Shown: positions 1-12,279 of the stretch, in pieces
Position numbering within the stretch: the first letter of the stretch is position 1
Layout: every line of letters begins with the position of its first letter
Origin: an uncultured Nitrososphaeraceae archaeon
GTDB taxonomy: Archaea > Thermoproteota > Nitrososphaeria > Nitrososphaerales > Nitrososphaeraceae
Reading direction: 5' to 3'
DNA length: 64,000 bases
Assembly: GCA_963765895.1 (NCBI GenBank)
Contig: CAVXZB010000084.1
Location: 224,001 to 288,000 of the forward strand
The notes under the pieces: model-generated
The model's input: only the letters and a program-made list of their open reading frames with translations
Databases searched by the model: none
Told to the model about the DNA's origin: nothing
Made by a program: the position numbers and the translations under genes

Positions 1-622
1 TTCAGACATAAGAGGAACTCCTCAAGGATAATATCCATCATCATTCGATTTAAGATGACGTTAGTGTTGATTGACCTTAGCAAATTAGTAGGATTCTTCT
101 GAAGACTATTCTAGGACCTATCTAATACATAGATTAATTAGTGATTGCTAATCGAAAATAAAACACCTTTACATGAATGGCAAGAGAGAAGAAGTGTGTT
201 CGGTTTGTTATAAATTTCTCAATACCATATACGATCACAAGAAAATGAAGAATATAAAGCAAATTGGCTCAGCAGGAGATTCAGGAAACGAGGGCTACAA
301 ATGTAAGAGCATTTATCATAAAAAATTAACCGACAGATCCAGTTCCTCAGTCTAGAATCAGGCCTAGATGAACCTCTGTCTGAAATACAGTAGCCTCAAT
401 ATTTTGTGTACGAATGCATCTAGCTAGATGGAAATAAAGAATAGTTTTCTTTACTCCCAGTCATCAATATACCCAGATAACGGCCATATTATTTTCATAC
501 GTCCCTAATTGTACGCACTTTAGGGCATATCTCCACTAAATTATGGATAATAACGCGATCAAGTTCATGCTCCTTGAAAAATGAGTTCCTTCTTAATCTA
601 ATATCTAGATTATTGTGATAGT

Positions 623-1159
623 TCATACCGAACTCTTATTCTTTTCTTTTCCTTTTTTCATAAGAACAAACAATATAACAAGAATGACCGCAATTAGGAT
701 ATAATTGACAGGTGGACTGATAGCCCTTGTGACCAAACCCAATTGTGGAATTACGTAGACGACTTTTCCAATATAGTTACCGTGCAATATAGGATAATCG
801 ATACCAGGTATTGAATCTGGATTGGCATCACCTTTTGTTACAACTACCCTATTACCTAGTGAATCTATTCCTATTGCTCTTATCCTATGTACTATCGTTT
901 CCGGTTCTTGGCCTTTTTCAGGTACAGGTTCCTTAAAAACAATAATATCACCTATTTTTAGAGTATCATACTGAATATTATGATTAATAACTACAAAATC
1001 ACCAACCTTTAACTTGGGTACCATACTCTCACTTGCCACTACATAGAACGGATTGATTACTCCAAACGCAATCTGAATGCCCACCCAAATAATTACGACA
1101 GCAATCACGATAACGGCAACATATTTAATCTCATTGGGAATTTTGGTGAGGCCTTGCAA
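623..1159 (-). CDS. sec11: Signal peptidase I, archaeal S26B type
   Basis: N- and C-terminal TM segments; VASESMVP (catalytic Ser), IVHR (His), TKGDAN motif. Confidence 0.9.
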   Translation of the reverse strand: MQGLTKIPNEIKYVAVIVIAVVIIWVGIQIAFGVINPFYVVASESMVPKLKVGDFVVINHNIQYDTLKIGDIIVFKEPVPEKGQEPETIVHRIRAIGIDSLGNRVVVTKGDANPDSIPGIDYPILHGNYIGKVVYVIPQLGLVTRAISPPVNYILIAVILVILFVLMKKGKEKNKSSV

Positions 1160-1837
1160 TTTTTAGAACTAAGATTAAATTGCTTGGAATATAAGTGTAA
1201 GAGTATGAGTGCGAGATAGGTTTATATAGAATTTGGGCTCTTTGCCGGACCTACAATGGAACTAGGAATCTCGACTTCGAGTCTTTTCATATAGATTACT
1301 AGCTCATTTGATTCTTGAACGGTCAGCATCGATGACAGATAGAGTACCTAATTATTGAACCGAGTGTAGAGTTGGCGTCGGGCAAGACATTGATAGTATA
1401 TTTATGAATATGGTTAGCAAAAGCCAACGACATCGGAAGCGACTTTAATATGCACAGATGTAATGAATAGCCTAATAGTTAATTAGATTTTTATATTAAG
1501 TCTTACCTACTTTACTAAATGTCCAATAAATCACGCTTACCACACACTATAGACGAAATGTTTGAAGAATCAAAAAACAGGCTAGGTTTAGAACGCGAAT
1601 CCATGATCCAGAATATCAAGGATGATTTGACGACTGCAAAGAATAAGACACTATCTAGAGCATGACATGACTGGTCAAAGGCTGCCAACGTTTGAACGGC
1701 CTATGTAGATGACTTAAATGACAATTCGATTCGGCTGCGTATTCGAAATTATTTGATTGCTATATCTTACATCATCTTGGAGATTTCAAATACAGCGATT
1801 TTTAAAACGATTATAAGTGCTTTAAATATCCCCTGGA

Positions 1838-2536
1838 TTGACAATGCTAAACGATAGTAATGAAGTTCCGATCACTTCAGATCAGATGTATAAGATCGAG
1901 GAAAAGGGGCATGATTTACTAGGAATGCAAAGGGTGTACATGATGGAAAACGCAGGACATGGAATCGCAGATATCGTTGCAACAAAATTCAAAAATGATC
2001 TATCAGGAACAAAAATCGTAGCAATCTGTGGTACTGGCAATAACGGTGGCGACTGTTTTGTCGCGATAAGACACTTAGCGGCGTATATTGATTCGCGGTA
2101 TACGATAGTTTTGTTAGGGTATTCTTCGAAATTACGTAGCGAGGAAGCCAGAATAAATTGGAACATTATTAAAAAAATGAATTCTGTAGAGGTGATTGAA
2201 ACAGACAAATTTACTGAGATGCTCAAAGAGATAATTACCAATGCAGATATCATTTTAGACGGTATTTTCGGAACAGGAATCAAGGGTGAGATAAGAGATC
2301 CTCATGCTTCTGCTATCGATCTCATTAATTCATCCAAAGCCTATAAGGTTGCGGCAGACATCCCCTCTGGATTAGACCCTACAACTGGCAAAGTTTACAA
2401 GAGATGCATACAAGCTAATATAACGATCACATTTCACAGAATCAAAACTGGTCTCCTCAATAACGAGAAGTACACAGGCGAAGTCCATCTTGAACATATA
2501 GGTATCCCTAAAGAGGCGGAAATTGGAATTGTCTGA
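1838..2536 (+). CDS. nnrE: NAD(P)H-hydrate epimerase (stand-alone YjeF N-terminal domain)
   Basis: MMENAG, GTGNNGGD, DGIFGTG, ADIPSG motifs. Confidence 0.9.
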   Translation: MTMLNDSNEVPITSDQMYKIEEKGHDLLGMQRVYMMENAGHGIADIVATKFKNDLSGTKIVAICGTGNNGGDCFVAIRHLAAYIDSRYTIVLLGYSSKLRSEEARINWNIIKKMNSVEVIETDKFTEMLKEIITNADIILDGIFGTGIKGEIRDPHASAIDLINSSKAYKVAADIPSGLDPTTGKVYKRCIQANITITFHRIKTGLLNNEKYTGEVHLEHIGIPKEAEIGIV

Positions 2537-3182
2537 GACTAAGTATAGAGATGATTCAAAGATCAGGGTAATACAAATACCTGTAGGAACAATGGCAAAT
2601 TTTACGTACATAATAGCTGATCTAGAAACACTGAAGGCATGCATCATTGATCCATCCTGGAACCTTGAAAAATTATTGGAAATATTGAAAAAGAATGGAT
2701 GGGATTTGGAACACATTATAAATACACATACTCATTTTGATCATATTCTGGGTAACGAACAGCTAGCTGCTGTTACTGGTGCTAAAATTATTCAACACGA
2801 ATACTCAAATCAGCCAAGTGATAAATTCGTGAAAGATGGAGACATTGTTTATTTGGGAAATATTCATTTAAAAATATTGTATACCCCAGGGCATTCAAAT
2901 GATAGCATTTGTGTCCTGGTTGAAGACAAATTCATTTTCACAGGGGACACTATTTTTGTAGGCAACTGTGGAAGAGTAGATCTGCCAGGTGGTGATTCTA
3001 GGAAATTGTATAACAGTTTATTTAATGTAATTTCGAAGCTAGACGGTTCATTGATAGTGTACCCTGGCCACGATTATGGAAAGTCACCTACTTCTACAAT
3101 AAAAGAACAAAAGGAAACGAGCCCGATTTTAGTCCCAAGAACGGAAGCTGATTTTGTAAAGTTCATGTCGGGCGATGATTAA
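2523..3182 (+). CDS. Metallo-beta-lactamase-fold hydrolase (glyoxalase II-like)
   Basis: THTHFDH, TPGHS, FTGDT, YPGHDY motifs. Confidence 0.88.
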   Translation: MELSETKYRDDSKIRVIQIPVGTMANFTYIIADLETLKACIIDPSWNLEKLLEILKKNGWDLEHIINTHTHFDHILGNEQLAAVTGAKIIQHEYSNQPSDKFVKDGDIVYLGNIHLKILYTPGHSNDSICVLVEDKFIFTGDTIFVGNCGRVDLPGGDSRKLYNSLFNVISKLDGSLIVYPGHDYGKSPTSTIKEQKETSPILVPRTEADFVKFMSGDD

Positions 3183-3218
3183 GGCCTGCACGAACAAAGG
3201 TATTCAGATATATTATGT

Positions 3219-4319
3219 TTGAATCGTCGACATTCTTCGTCTATCGAAAGGTTTCATTGTACTAAGCCCATATTTGTTTGTGTCATATCTTACACTGAAA
3301 CTAGTACAATCCCAGGCATTACTATAGCGGGAGCCAGTCCAGATTTAATGAAATATACCTCCCCAGCCGATTCTGAATTCCTATATTATGGCTATTGTAG
3401 ATGTTTAGAGGAGATTCCAATAACCCCTGATGGAAAACCAACACCAGCAATAATAACTCGAAGCGTCATAGGAGCAACCGACATACCATTTTTTGTAGTT
3501 GATGCTGGGTCGATGATTAAACCTTTTGTTCCGTATATATCATTTAATCAGGAATATGGCAAGAATATTGCATTTGGATCGGCTGTAGATCCTAATAACG
3601 TCAAGAAAGCATTTGAATATGGAAGTTTACTTGGGACTCAAATATCAAAGGTATCAGATTTGGTAGTCTTGGGAGAAAGTATCCCGGGTGGCACTACTAC
3701 CGCATTAGGTGTTCTGAGCGCATTAGGCGCTGGCGCTGAATTTAGAGTCAGTAGTAGCATGCCCAATAATCCTCACATCTTGAAGAATAGGGTGATATCT
3801 CAAGGTCTGACTAGTGCAGGTATCAAGAGAGGAGACTTAAAATCTAATCCTTTTAAGGCTATATCGATATTAGGTGATCCAATGCTGCCTTCTATTTCTG
3901 GGATCGCGGCAGGGGTTCTTGGTAGCGGAGGCAAAGTTATGCTCGCCGGCGGGACCCAGATGACTGCAGTAATTGCAATCCTGAAGTCGCTGGATCAGCC
4001 ACTCGACAATATATGCATTGGTACTACCGTTTATGTAGCAAGAGATCAAACTTCCGACCTCGTTGGTCTTACAGAATCATTATCCGAGAATGCTGTGCCG
4101 GTATATGCTTCCAATTTACATATGGAAGAGTCTAGCATAGATGGATTACAGGCCTTCTCGAAAGGCTATGTTAAGGATGGGGTAGGAGCAGGAGGTATGT
4201 CAATTGCAGCCATACTAAAATTGTCAGGACGTATCAATGGCGAGAACCTTTTGTATTATATTGAAAGGGAGTATAATAGGTTAGTTTCTAGCCGACGCGA
4301 TACGCAGGCTAGCTTATAA
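3219..4319 (+). CDS. cobT: Archaeal CobT-type nicotinate-nucleotide:base phosphoribosyltransferase (cobamide lower-ligand activation)
   Basis: GESIPGGTTTA, LAGGTQM, GYVKDGVGAGG motifs. Confidence 0.85.
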   Translation: MNRRHSSSIERFHCTKPIFVCVISYTETSTIPGITIAGASPDLMKYTSPADSEFLYYGYCRCLEEIPITPDGKPTPAIITRSVIGATDIPFFVVDAGSMIKPFVPYISFNQEYGKNIAFGSAVDPNNVKKAFEYGSLLGTQISKVSDLVVLGESIPGGTTTALGVLSALGAGAEFRVSSSMPNNPHILKNRVISQGLTSAGIKRGDLKSNPFKAISILGDPMLPSISGIAAGVLGSGGKVMLAGGTQMTAVIAILKSLDQPLDNICIGTTVYVARDQTSDLVGLTESLSENAVPVYASNLHMEESSIDGLQAFSKGYVKDGVGAGGMSIAAILKLSGRINGENLLYYIEREYNRLVSSRRDTQASL

Positions 4320-4346
4320 AGAATTCGGATTTTTATGAATCTGAGG

Positions 4347-4371
4347 TGGGCCAATCAGGTAAGATTGCCCA
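4347..4371. terminator. GC-rich hairpin between convergent genes
   Basis: tgggc(c)aatc-aggtaa-gattgccca inverted repeat with one bulge, just downstream of cobT. Confidence 0.3.
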
Positions 4372-4475
4372 TAATCTTTCTGAATTGCGTTTGAAATAAT
4401 ATATATCAATAATGTATTAACACTACCACATGTATTCAGATATGTTAGATTCAATGTATACTTTGGAATATGAGT

Positions 4476-4763
4476 TTAGTCGCTCATTTCAGCAAATACG
4501 GTAGCCTTTGAGATTTCATGTAAGCGCATTGCCAATGTCCTTTCAAATACTTTTTTATTAATGACTCCCTTCTCATGGAGCATGTCCACCAATGTGGCTA
4601 TTCTAGCACTAACCTCTTCCAACTCGGTGAGCTCCTTCGATGTATTTTCGCCAGATCTCATCGAATGCCCATTATTATCGATAGTGTCTTTTTCAGGCAC
4701 AGTATACCATTGATAAACGAATGTATATGCTTTTGCTCGAAATCCTATATCTAGAATACCCAT
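4476..4763 (-). CDS. Small hypothetical protein
   Basis: Open ORF with a helical, protein-like C-terminal half; true start may be downstream. Confidence 0.5.
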   Translation of the reverse strand: MGILDIGFRAKAYTFVYQWYTVPEKDTIDNNGHSMRSGENTSKELTELEEVSARIATLVDMLHEKGVINKKVFERTLAMRLHEISKATVFAEMSD

Positions 4764-5102
4764 GTAATATCACTATGTATTCTAGATTACCGACAGTAGT
4801 CTCCAGAACGTTGATAATATGATAGGCAAATATGATTGGTGCGTATCGAAGCCTTCTGATCAAGCAATACAATTGACTTTCATCGTTGATCATCATAACA
4901 ATGGAAATCCTTAATGTTTGTAAGGATCTACTTGCATAGTCTATCCCTTACAGCAAATTTATCGCTTATTGTATCGGTCATTGAGAGCATATTATAATAA
5001 AATACGACATGCTTTTATTTCAAAAAGTTAATAATTATTTTCGAATGAATCTGTACTCTAAATACGGTCCGCTCTATCTTAGCCTTTAGATTAAGGTTCA
5101 TT

Positions 5103-6867
5103 GTGTTCATCTTAATTCTGATAATAATTTTGGCAAGTTCATCTAACTTGATTAACCTCAACTCAGCTTCGAGCATCAAGACCGAACATGAACGACAAGC
5201 AGGTGATACCCTAACATTCCTTAGAACGTATGGAAAAATAGTTGTTCCTATAAGCACGTCCGTTGATCGACACAAAGTGCACCCACAGAATAATGGCACC
5301 AATTATCAGTCAAAGACGTCTAATAATTCAGATACCGGGTTTGAGGCGAGAAATAGGAATAATTGGATAACGGTTAATCATGATATCCATAGCACCAGAT
5401 TTAGCAACCAGACAACAATTAACAAGGAGAACGTAGCACAATTGAAAGTTAAATGGACGTTACTTAATGACGTTGCAATACAAGATCCGCCTATAATCAT
5501 TGGTAGCAATGGATTCGTACAGGATGATTCAGGTGCAATCATAGCGTTTGATACCAGTACTGGGAACGTTCTTTGGAGGTCTGAAATAGGAAGTGGTCCA
5601 ACGATGGGTTTGACCTCTAGCAATGGCGTAATATATGCAGCAACTGGATATCATAGCACCGTGGTAGCAATTAAGCCAAACGATGGTAAAATTATCTGGC
5701 AGTCTGAGGTCTTGGGTGATCCTAAAACTGGTTACAATATTCCTACTTGCCCAATCGTATGGAAGGGTTATGTAATAGTAGGCTCAGCCGGCGGTGGTGA
5801 TGTCTCTACCGGGGTGGGAACTGTAAGAGGAAATATTACTGCTCTTAACAGTACTAATGGTAAGACAATATGGAATCTGAATACTACTTCAGGCCAATGG
5901 GTCAATCCAGATACTGCTCCTAAATATAATTCTGGAGCAAACGATTGGTCCGGTGGTTCTCTTGACCCTGAAACTGGTATAATATATATGCCACTAGGTA
6001 GTCCATCTCCAAACTTTAATGCCACAACAAGACAAGCTGGCGACTTCTTCTCAAACCACATGATAGCCATAAACATCACCAATGGAGAATTAATTTGGGC
6101 CACACCGTTCGTTGCTCGCGGAACTGTTTTGAATGTAACTGTCCCAGATACGCATGACTGGGATACATCCTGGGGAAGCAGTATAAGCAAAATCGCCTAT
6201 GATAATGGAACGCAAGAGAAAATAGTAATTGGCCACGATAAAATGGGGAATATCGTTGCTATGGATGCATCTACTGGTAAAGTGCGATGGTGGAAGACTT
6301 TAGGAAGACACTCCAATACTGATGCAATTCCAATGCCTAATGGCACCGGCGAGGTTTGGTCTTATGGAATTTTTAACTATCATGCTGTAGACAACAATAA
6401 TACACTCTATATAGCTCGCTACGAACAGAGGTTTGAATTATTTTACTGATGGTGGAGTTTCAGGACATAGAGTATCTCCTCCACACACTATAGAACTAGG
6501 GTTACGCAATGGTACGATAGCTGCAGTGGATTTAAGAACTGGAAAACTCAAATGGCAATTATCGACAGAATTCCCTCCAAGAGTGTCGCCCTTGGTTACA
6601 AAAGATGTACTATTTGCTGGCTACATCCACTTTACAGAGAAAATCAAAGCGAACGGTCATGTTTCAACAACAACAAAGTCCGGTGTTATATTAGCCTTAA
6701 ATAAGGAAAATGGTCAAAAGATATGGAAACAAAATATTAATGCAGAAATAGGTCAGGTTGGCCCATCGATAGCGAGCGGAACACTTTTCGTACCGACCGA
6801 AAAGATCCGAGTAGATTCAAGAGATGGCCCTCAACACGGAGGATCTATAATTGCGTTTGGACTTTAA
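5103..6867 (+). CDS. Secreted PQQ-binding-like beta-propeller protein (quinoprotein dehydrogenase-like); one +1 frameshift at ~6417
   Basis: Signal peptide, repeated A/GxDxxTGxxxW propeller motifs, HDWD; removing the C after AGCT (6413-6417) joins ORFs 5103-6449 and 6433-6867. Confidence 0.8.
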
Positions 6868-7226
6868 AAACAGAATTAGCTGGAAGTGAAGATGTAGAAT
6901 AAAGATAGCAAGTATCTTAGATATATCACATGGAAAAATAACATTCCATCCCTATTGTGGGATTGATAGAGCTATCGATGATGCTCTAGAGTAAGTGAAT
7001 TAGTATTGTTACTGTACTCGAGAATATATTTGCATCACTCAGATATAAAATAGTATTAGCATCCTATCAAGCATTATTTTGGACAGGTGTGTTGTAAGTC
7101 AAAAATTAAAGATATCGTGTTCACAACTCCATATATTATCAAAAATTTTTGTAATATATGTCCCAGTGCGATTATAAATATTTAATTTTCATACTATGGC
7201 AAAGTTGTTTAGTCTTAAAAGTAAGA

Positions 7227-7325
7227 CGCCGGGAGAGGGATTCGAACCCTCGAGACCTTCACAAATCACAAGCTAACAAGGTACAATTTCCAGGCTTGCG
7301 CCCTCCCAGGCTAGGCGACCCCGGC
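7227..7325 (-). tRNA. tRNA-Ser(GGA) with a 13-nt intron at canonical position 37/38 (7275-7287)
   Basis: GCCGGGG acceptor stem, anticodon stem CAAGC/GCTTG around CT-GGA-A, long variable arm, GGTTCGAATCC T-arm. Confidence 0.92.
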
Positions 7326-9054
7326 ATATGTATATTCCGTAACAAATTCGATATATTAACTATTAAACAATTTTACAACTGCCTCCTCCTTCTAATACAA
7401 CACTTGATATAACAAATTCAAAATTTCAAATACTTTCACTGATTCGATTATCCAAACTTAGAATCATTTCACCCGAAATCAGATCATATTTTTTTATATC
7501 AAAATGTCCAGTCTCGACCTGATGATCCTCCCAATCAGAGTGGAAAATAAACCTTTGCCGACATTCTACGCATATACATAGTATTTTTAGGTCTTCAGGA
7601 TGCATGATCGTTAATATGGTATAACCAGAACTATCAAATATATAGAATAGGGAAGTAGTTAATATTCGTTTTATTCGGATTTTTTTTACGAAGTATTCGA
7701 TGTAACCTTGAAGAGGTATTTTGGTAACATCTTCGTTCTCTAATACATTATATACTCAGATTGTTATTTTATCACTTGTCTACAATTCCAAAGCTGCTCT
7801 ACATTGTAATATATTAATGTGATAGCATAACTCTACCATCTCAAACTACTGCAAATGATTATTATTGATTTCTAATTTATACTTTGATCCTTTGGACTAG
7901 TATAACTGGAAATAACTATATAATTCACTAAGATGGTTCAGGCAAATTTAGGTGTATCATTTTAGTTAATGGTTCATTGCAAGAAATCATATCTTATCAT
8001 ATATCTCACTTGTCATTGGTTTTCTTATTAAAACAGGGCCTGATTATCTATTGAGCCAATACAATTCGTTTCTTGAGTATCGATCCTGATTGTGGCTAAC
8101 CCCGTACTGAGTATTAATCTTCATAACTATAAATCCAACAAAGCTGACAAAAAATGAAATACACCTAGATAAGTTGGTATTTGATCAATAATGAATAATG
8201 TCCTCTGCAATTGTACTTCCATATAAAAATGTGATTTGACCATGGATTATCCTAATTGGCATATTACTAGATACGATTAGAACCTAGGATTCTATCCAAT
8301 AGATAATGATACCTTATATTACTCTTCTTAAAGATCCAAGAATAATACTTCTATTCAGTATAGAGAGAAATGAGAAACACTATTAGTTTTTTATATCTAA
8401 AGCGAACAGAATAGGAAAGGATTGGATATTGAAATAATTAATAAGTAATAGAACTGTAGTGTCTGGTGGTCAGTAAATAAATCAGAGGTCTAAACATAAG
8501 AATAGCAATACCCGATCCGGAACAATAAATATGCTGTACCAGTCTTTGTAACAAAAAAATTCTCGCCTCAGGAATTGAAGTAGATAAATTAGAGGAGGAT
8601 CATATTTTTTAAAATAATCGTTTTTAAATCATCTGGCCTTTAGGCTATCTAATGTTGTGCATGTAGATGAGCTCACTATATGTCTAAGTGTTTATCACGA
8701 CCAAAAAATTATTCGTACTTTTGTAATATTGTAACAATTAAGGAAATTTAATTGAGAAGAACATGAGCCTATGAATTACATCACTATTACGCTAGATAAC
8801 TGGCTTCTAGTTGGGTGAGGATCATTGAGGATTCATATTATATTCGATCTCGCAAATAAAAATCAGTGGGCTCCCAGCCCTATTACTAAACCTCGTCAGA
8901 ACCTGCAAATCGTAAGGTCATTTCTACTGCAATAAAAACTCGATGTATAGAGAGTTAACCGGTGGTAAAAGGGTCACTATCTATAAGTAGAATTTTGGTA
9001 TCCAAAGATCAGGCTCATTAGTGAGCATTAGATTTTTCTCGAGTATTTTTGATA

Positions 9055-10125
9055 TTAATATGATTGATTAGTTACACTCGCACTCGCACTATTAGTCACA
9101 TTGGTATCAGAGATACTAACATTTGAACGCCAAGCTTTAGGATATGTACCTGGTTTCATAATAATTCTTTTCATGTGAAATGCTATTCCCTTTATACTTT
9201 CTTTAATATCCTCGATTGACATCGCAGCTTCTGCTAGTCCCACTATTTCCCCCTTTATGGTATAAATGCCAACAAGTTCATGGATCTTGAGATTTTTCGT
9301 AATTGCCAAAATACCGGGTACTGCAAGTTGAGCGCCATGACATAAGGCATCGACGGCTGTATCTCTGATTACAACTGCGGGTATTGGTTCTAAACATTGT
9401 TCGACTGGTCTTATAATTTTTTTAAGTTTAGTCTCATCTTTTTTTTCCCTGTAAATCTGGATCGCATCAGAAAGATCATGTAGTCTTGTAAAATTATCAT
9501 TATTTTCGCAAAAGTTGCTAACCCTAGTTCTACGAAGCTCAATCATGGTGGCTCCTGGGCTCAGAATTTCGCCAATATCATAAATGATCTTTCGAATATA
9601 TGTACCTGCCTGACAAACAGTCCTGATTAGTAAAAGACGGTCGAACTGTTCAACAACTTCCAATTCATATATCGTTCTAATGCGAGTGGCTCTTCTAACT
9701 GATGATCTCTGAGGTGGTCTTTGATAAATATCACCAACAAACTCTTTTACAATATCGTTCAATTTATCATTAGAAATGTGTGCATGCAATCGCGCTAAAG
9801 CATAATATTCCTTTGGACCCAAAAGTAACACCGATAGCGCCTTTGTTCCTTCTCCAAGTCCGATTGGCAAAAGTCCGGTAGCACCAGGATCTAATGTGCC
9901 GCTATGCCCTGCCTTTTCAATCCTAAGCAACTTCTTTATCCAAGCAATAACCTCATGGCTGGTAGGACCTGGAGGTTTATCTAGTAGAATTACTCCATAT
10001 TGAAATAATTCATTTAGTGGCCGCTTATCAGGATAATGGCCGTATTTTTCACTAGTTATGTCATCATCGACCCTCTCCAAATCCTGTAACTGTATGAATG
10101 GAAATTTGTTATCTCTCAAGGCCAT
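9055..10125 (-). CDS. cbf5: H/ACA RNA-guided pseudouridine synthase Cbf5
   Basis: DKPPGPTSHEV, GHSGTLDP (catalytic Asp), GTYIR, PUA domain. Confidence 0.95.
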   Translation of the reverse strand: MALRDNKFPFIQLQDLERVDDDITSEKYGHYPDKRPLNELFQYGVILLDKPPGPTSHEVIAWIKKLLRIEKAGHSGTLDPGATGLLPIGLGEGTKALSVLLLGPKEYYALARLHAHISNDKLNDIVKEFVGDIYQRPPQRSSVRRATRIRTIYELEVVEQFDRLLLIRTVCQAGTYIRKIIYDIGEILSPGATMIELRRTRVSNFCENNDNFTRLHDLSDAIQIYREKKDETKLKKIIRPVEQCLEPIPAVVIRDTAVDALCHGAQLAVPGILAITKNLKIHELVGIYTIKGEIVGLAEAAMSIEDIKESIKGIAFHMKRIIMKPGTYPKAWRSNVSISDTNVTNSASASVTNQSY

Positions 10126-10424
10126 TAATGCTAGACTCGCCTACTGATATATCAATGTAGATTTTTTAGCCCCCCAAGAGCGTATACTTAACCTTGCTTC
10201 GTAAGCTAGGGTAATCGAACCTACAAGAATTACTATATTATTTTCGTGCACTCTTACGATGAAATGATTTTGGGGTACGTCATTCATGATCGTAAATACC
10301 AATTATTAGAATGTAATTAATCGGTAGATCGATTACAGTCGACACTTTATTTGATATTCCACACTTCCGAGGTTTCTTATCTCAAGTAAATAATTTCTCA
10401 TTTAAAACTGTGTCTTTAAAAAAA

Positions 10425-11762
10425 TTATGGGAGTAATGGGGGTAACTTGAGATCTGGAAATCCTGGAATTTTCGGTAGCTGTGGCATGGGACCTAAGCCG
10501 AATGGTAATTGTGGGCGAGATGTAGAGTCCTGAGAAATTGCGGTAGCTTGAGGTGTGGGTCGCTTTTGCAATGGAATTGAGAGATCCATAGTCGCACCAT
10601 TTCTCGCTATCGTTAACTTTACGTTATCACCTATCTTCTTGTGTTGTTCAATATAATTAATTATATCGTCGATTTGTCTTACAGAATGATTATCGATTGC
10701 CGTTATGATATCTCCAACATTTGTGATAACTCCATTGTCGTCTAAAACAGTAGCTTTCAAGCCGGCCTTCGCGAGCTGGCCCACCATCTTGTACTGAAAT
10801 TACAACCACTCCTTTAAAATTGGGCGATAAACCCATATTTCTCATCAAACTAGTTGGAATCTTGGTACCGGCTAGTCCTAGCCACGGATGTACATATGTA
10901 CCAGTCTTGATTAGTGAAGGCAATTCACGAATAATACTTTCTGACGGAATGGCAAAACCTACACCAGAATAAGCGCCTGTACCTAGAGAATATTGCGGTG
11001 TTCATCCCAATTACATTACCACTCATATCAAGTAACGGTCCTCCAGAATTTCCTGGGTTAATTGCAGCGTCGGTTTGAATAGTATTTGGTATTGCATAAC
11101 CGTTCTGACTATCAGCAGGTAATAGCCTACCAATCTGACTAACTATACCTGTCGTCATACTTGCGCTTAGACCAAATGGATTCCCTATAGCTATGAGTTG
11201 CTGTCCAACCTGTACGTTCGAAGAATTCACTATTGGTAATGGTAATAGTTTTTCATCTGAGAAATTATCGGTTATTTGTAAAACTGCAAGGTCACCGAAT
11301 GGATCTCTTCCGATAACTTTAGCAGAGTACGTATTTCCATCGACGAAAGTAATATCAGCCTTAGTTGCACCATCTACTACATGATTATTGGTTAACACAT
11401 GTCCTTGTTTGTCAAGTATAAACCCGGAACCTAGCGCAGAATTTCTTCCCGTGGAGGGAACACCATTTATTATTATAAGCTGATTCGGATCGCTCCTGGT
11501 AGTCGTGATTTGTACTACCGAATTCTCGACCCTTTTAAAAATATCTACAAGGGTTGACTGAGGTTGTTGTTGTGTGGTTTTCTCTATTTGGCCGACTCTT
11601 CTGATTTTCGTTTACTTGTGTTTGTGCTAGCACTTTATTATAATGCGATATCATTACAACCGATATAGTTCCCGATATTACTACAATAGCAAGAACTAGG
11701 ATCCGTTGCATAGTTTGCTTCATATTTATTGTAATGCCATCCGAATATTTATATCTTGACAT
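10425..11762 (-). CDS. htrA: HtrA/DegP-family serine protease with PDZ domain; three +1 frameshifts (~11592, ~10981, ~10775)
   Basis: N-terminal TM, GSGF, LTNNHVV (His), DLAVL (Asp), IQTDAAINPGNSGGPL (Ser), PDZ; fragments rejoin after three single-base removals. Confidence 0.88.
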
Positions 11763-11939
11763 TTATATCAATAAGAGTGTAGAAAAATGTCAATATTGGA
11801 AGTAATTGTCATATTCGATATTGCATAGCTAAATGACAACTTGATGTCGGACATATTAATATCAATCAGTATCGTACGTGAAGATCTGGAAATGGAGATT
11901 GAATAATTAACAGCAGATTAAGAAAAAATTACAAGTCTT

Positions 11940-11978
11940 GATGCTGCAAATTTAAGTTAAATTAATATTTGCAGCATC
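11940..11978. repeat. Perfect 12-bp inverted repeat
   Basis: gatgctgcaaat (11940-11951) ... atttgcagcatc (11967-11978). Confidence 0.7.
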
Positions 11979-12279
11979 CATATTGCAGGCTAAAAATTAA
12001 TTTTTTCTTACACTTAGATTTGTTTAGCCATTATGGCAAAAATTATTCTTTTGATCACTAGTCTACCGAAGAAATTTATATTAGACACTTGATGCTCTGT
12101 TGTTCACTTTGTAAAAGATCTTTTTTTACACTCTCGAATTTGAGTAGAAATTGAGATGACATAAAATTAGTCATTGCCAATACATAATTACGGAACAAAC
12201 ATTAAGGTTTCTCAGGTTCCTGTCCAAAAATTATTCTAAAGTGATTGTAGTGACAAATAATATGATAAGGGAGTTGTTC

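Noticed and set aside
1200-1830. Possible gene remnant between sec11 and nnrE
   Set aside because: All frames are interrupted and no family is recognisable.
7158-7412. ORF overlapping a tRNA (likewise 27286-27600 and 38807-39100)
   Set aside because: Explained by the tRNA genes or by the opposite-strand CDS.
6870-9050. Long AT-rich gap around tRNA-Ser(GGA), with faint membrane-protein-like fragments near 8040-8400 (minus) and a C/D-box-like string near 7520-7562
   Set aside because: No recoverable ORF, repeats or convincing boxes/guide targets.
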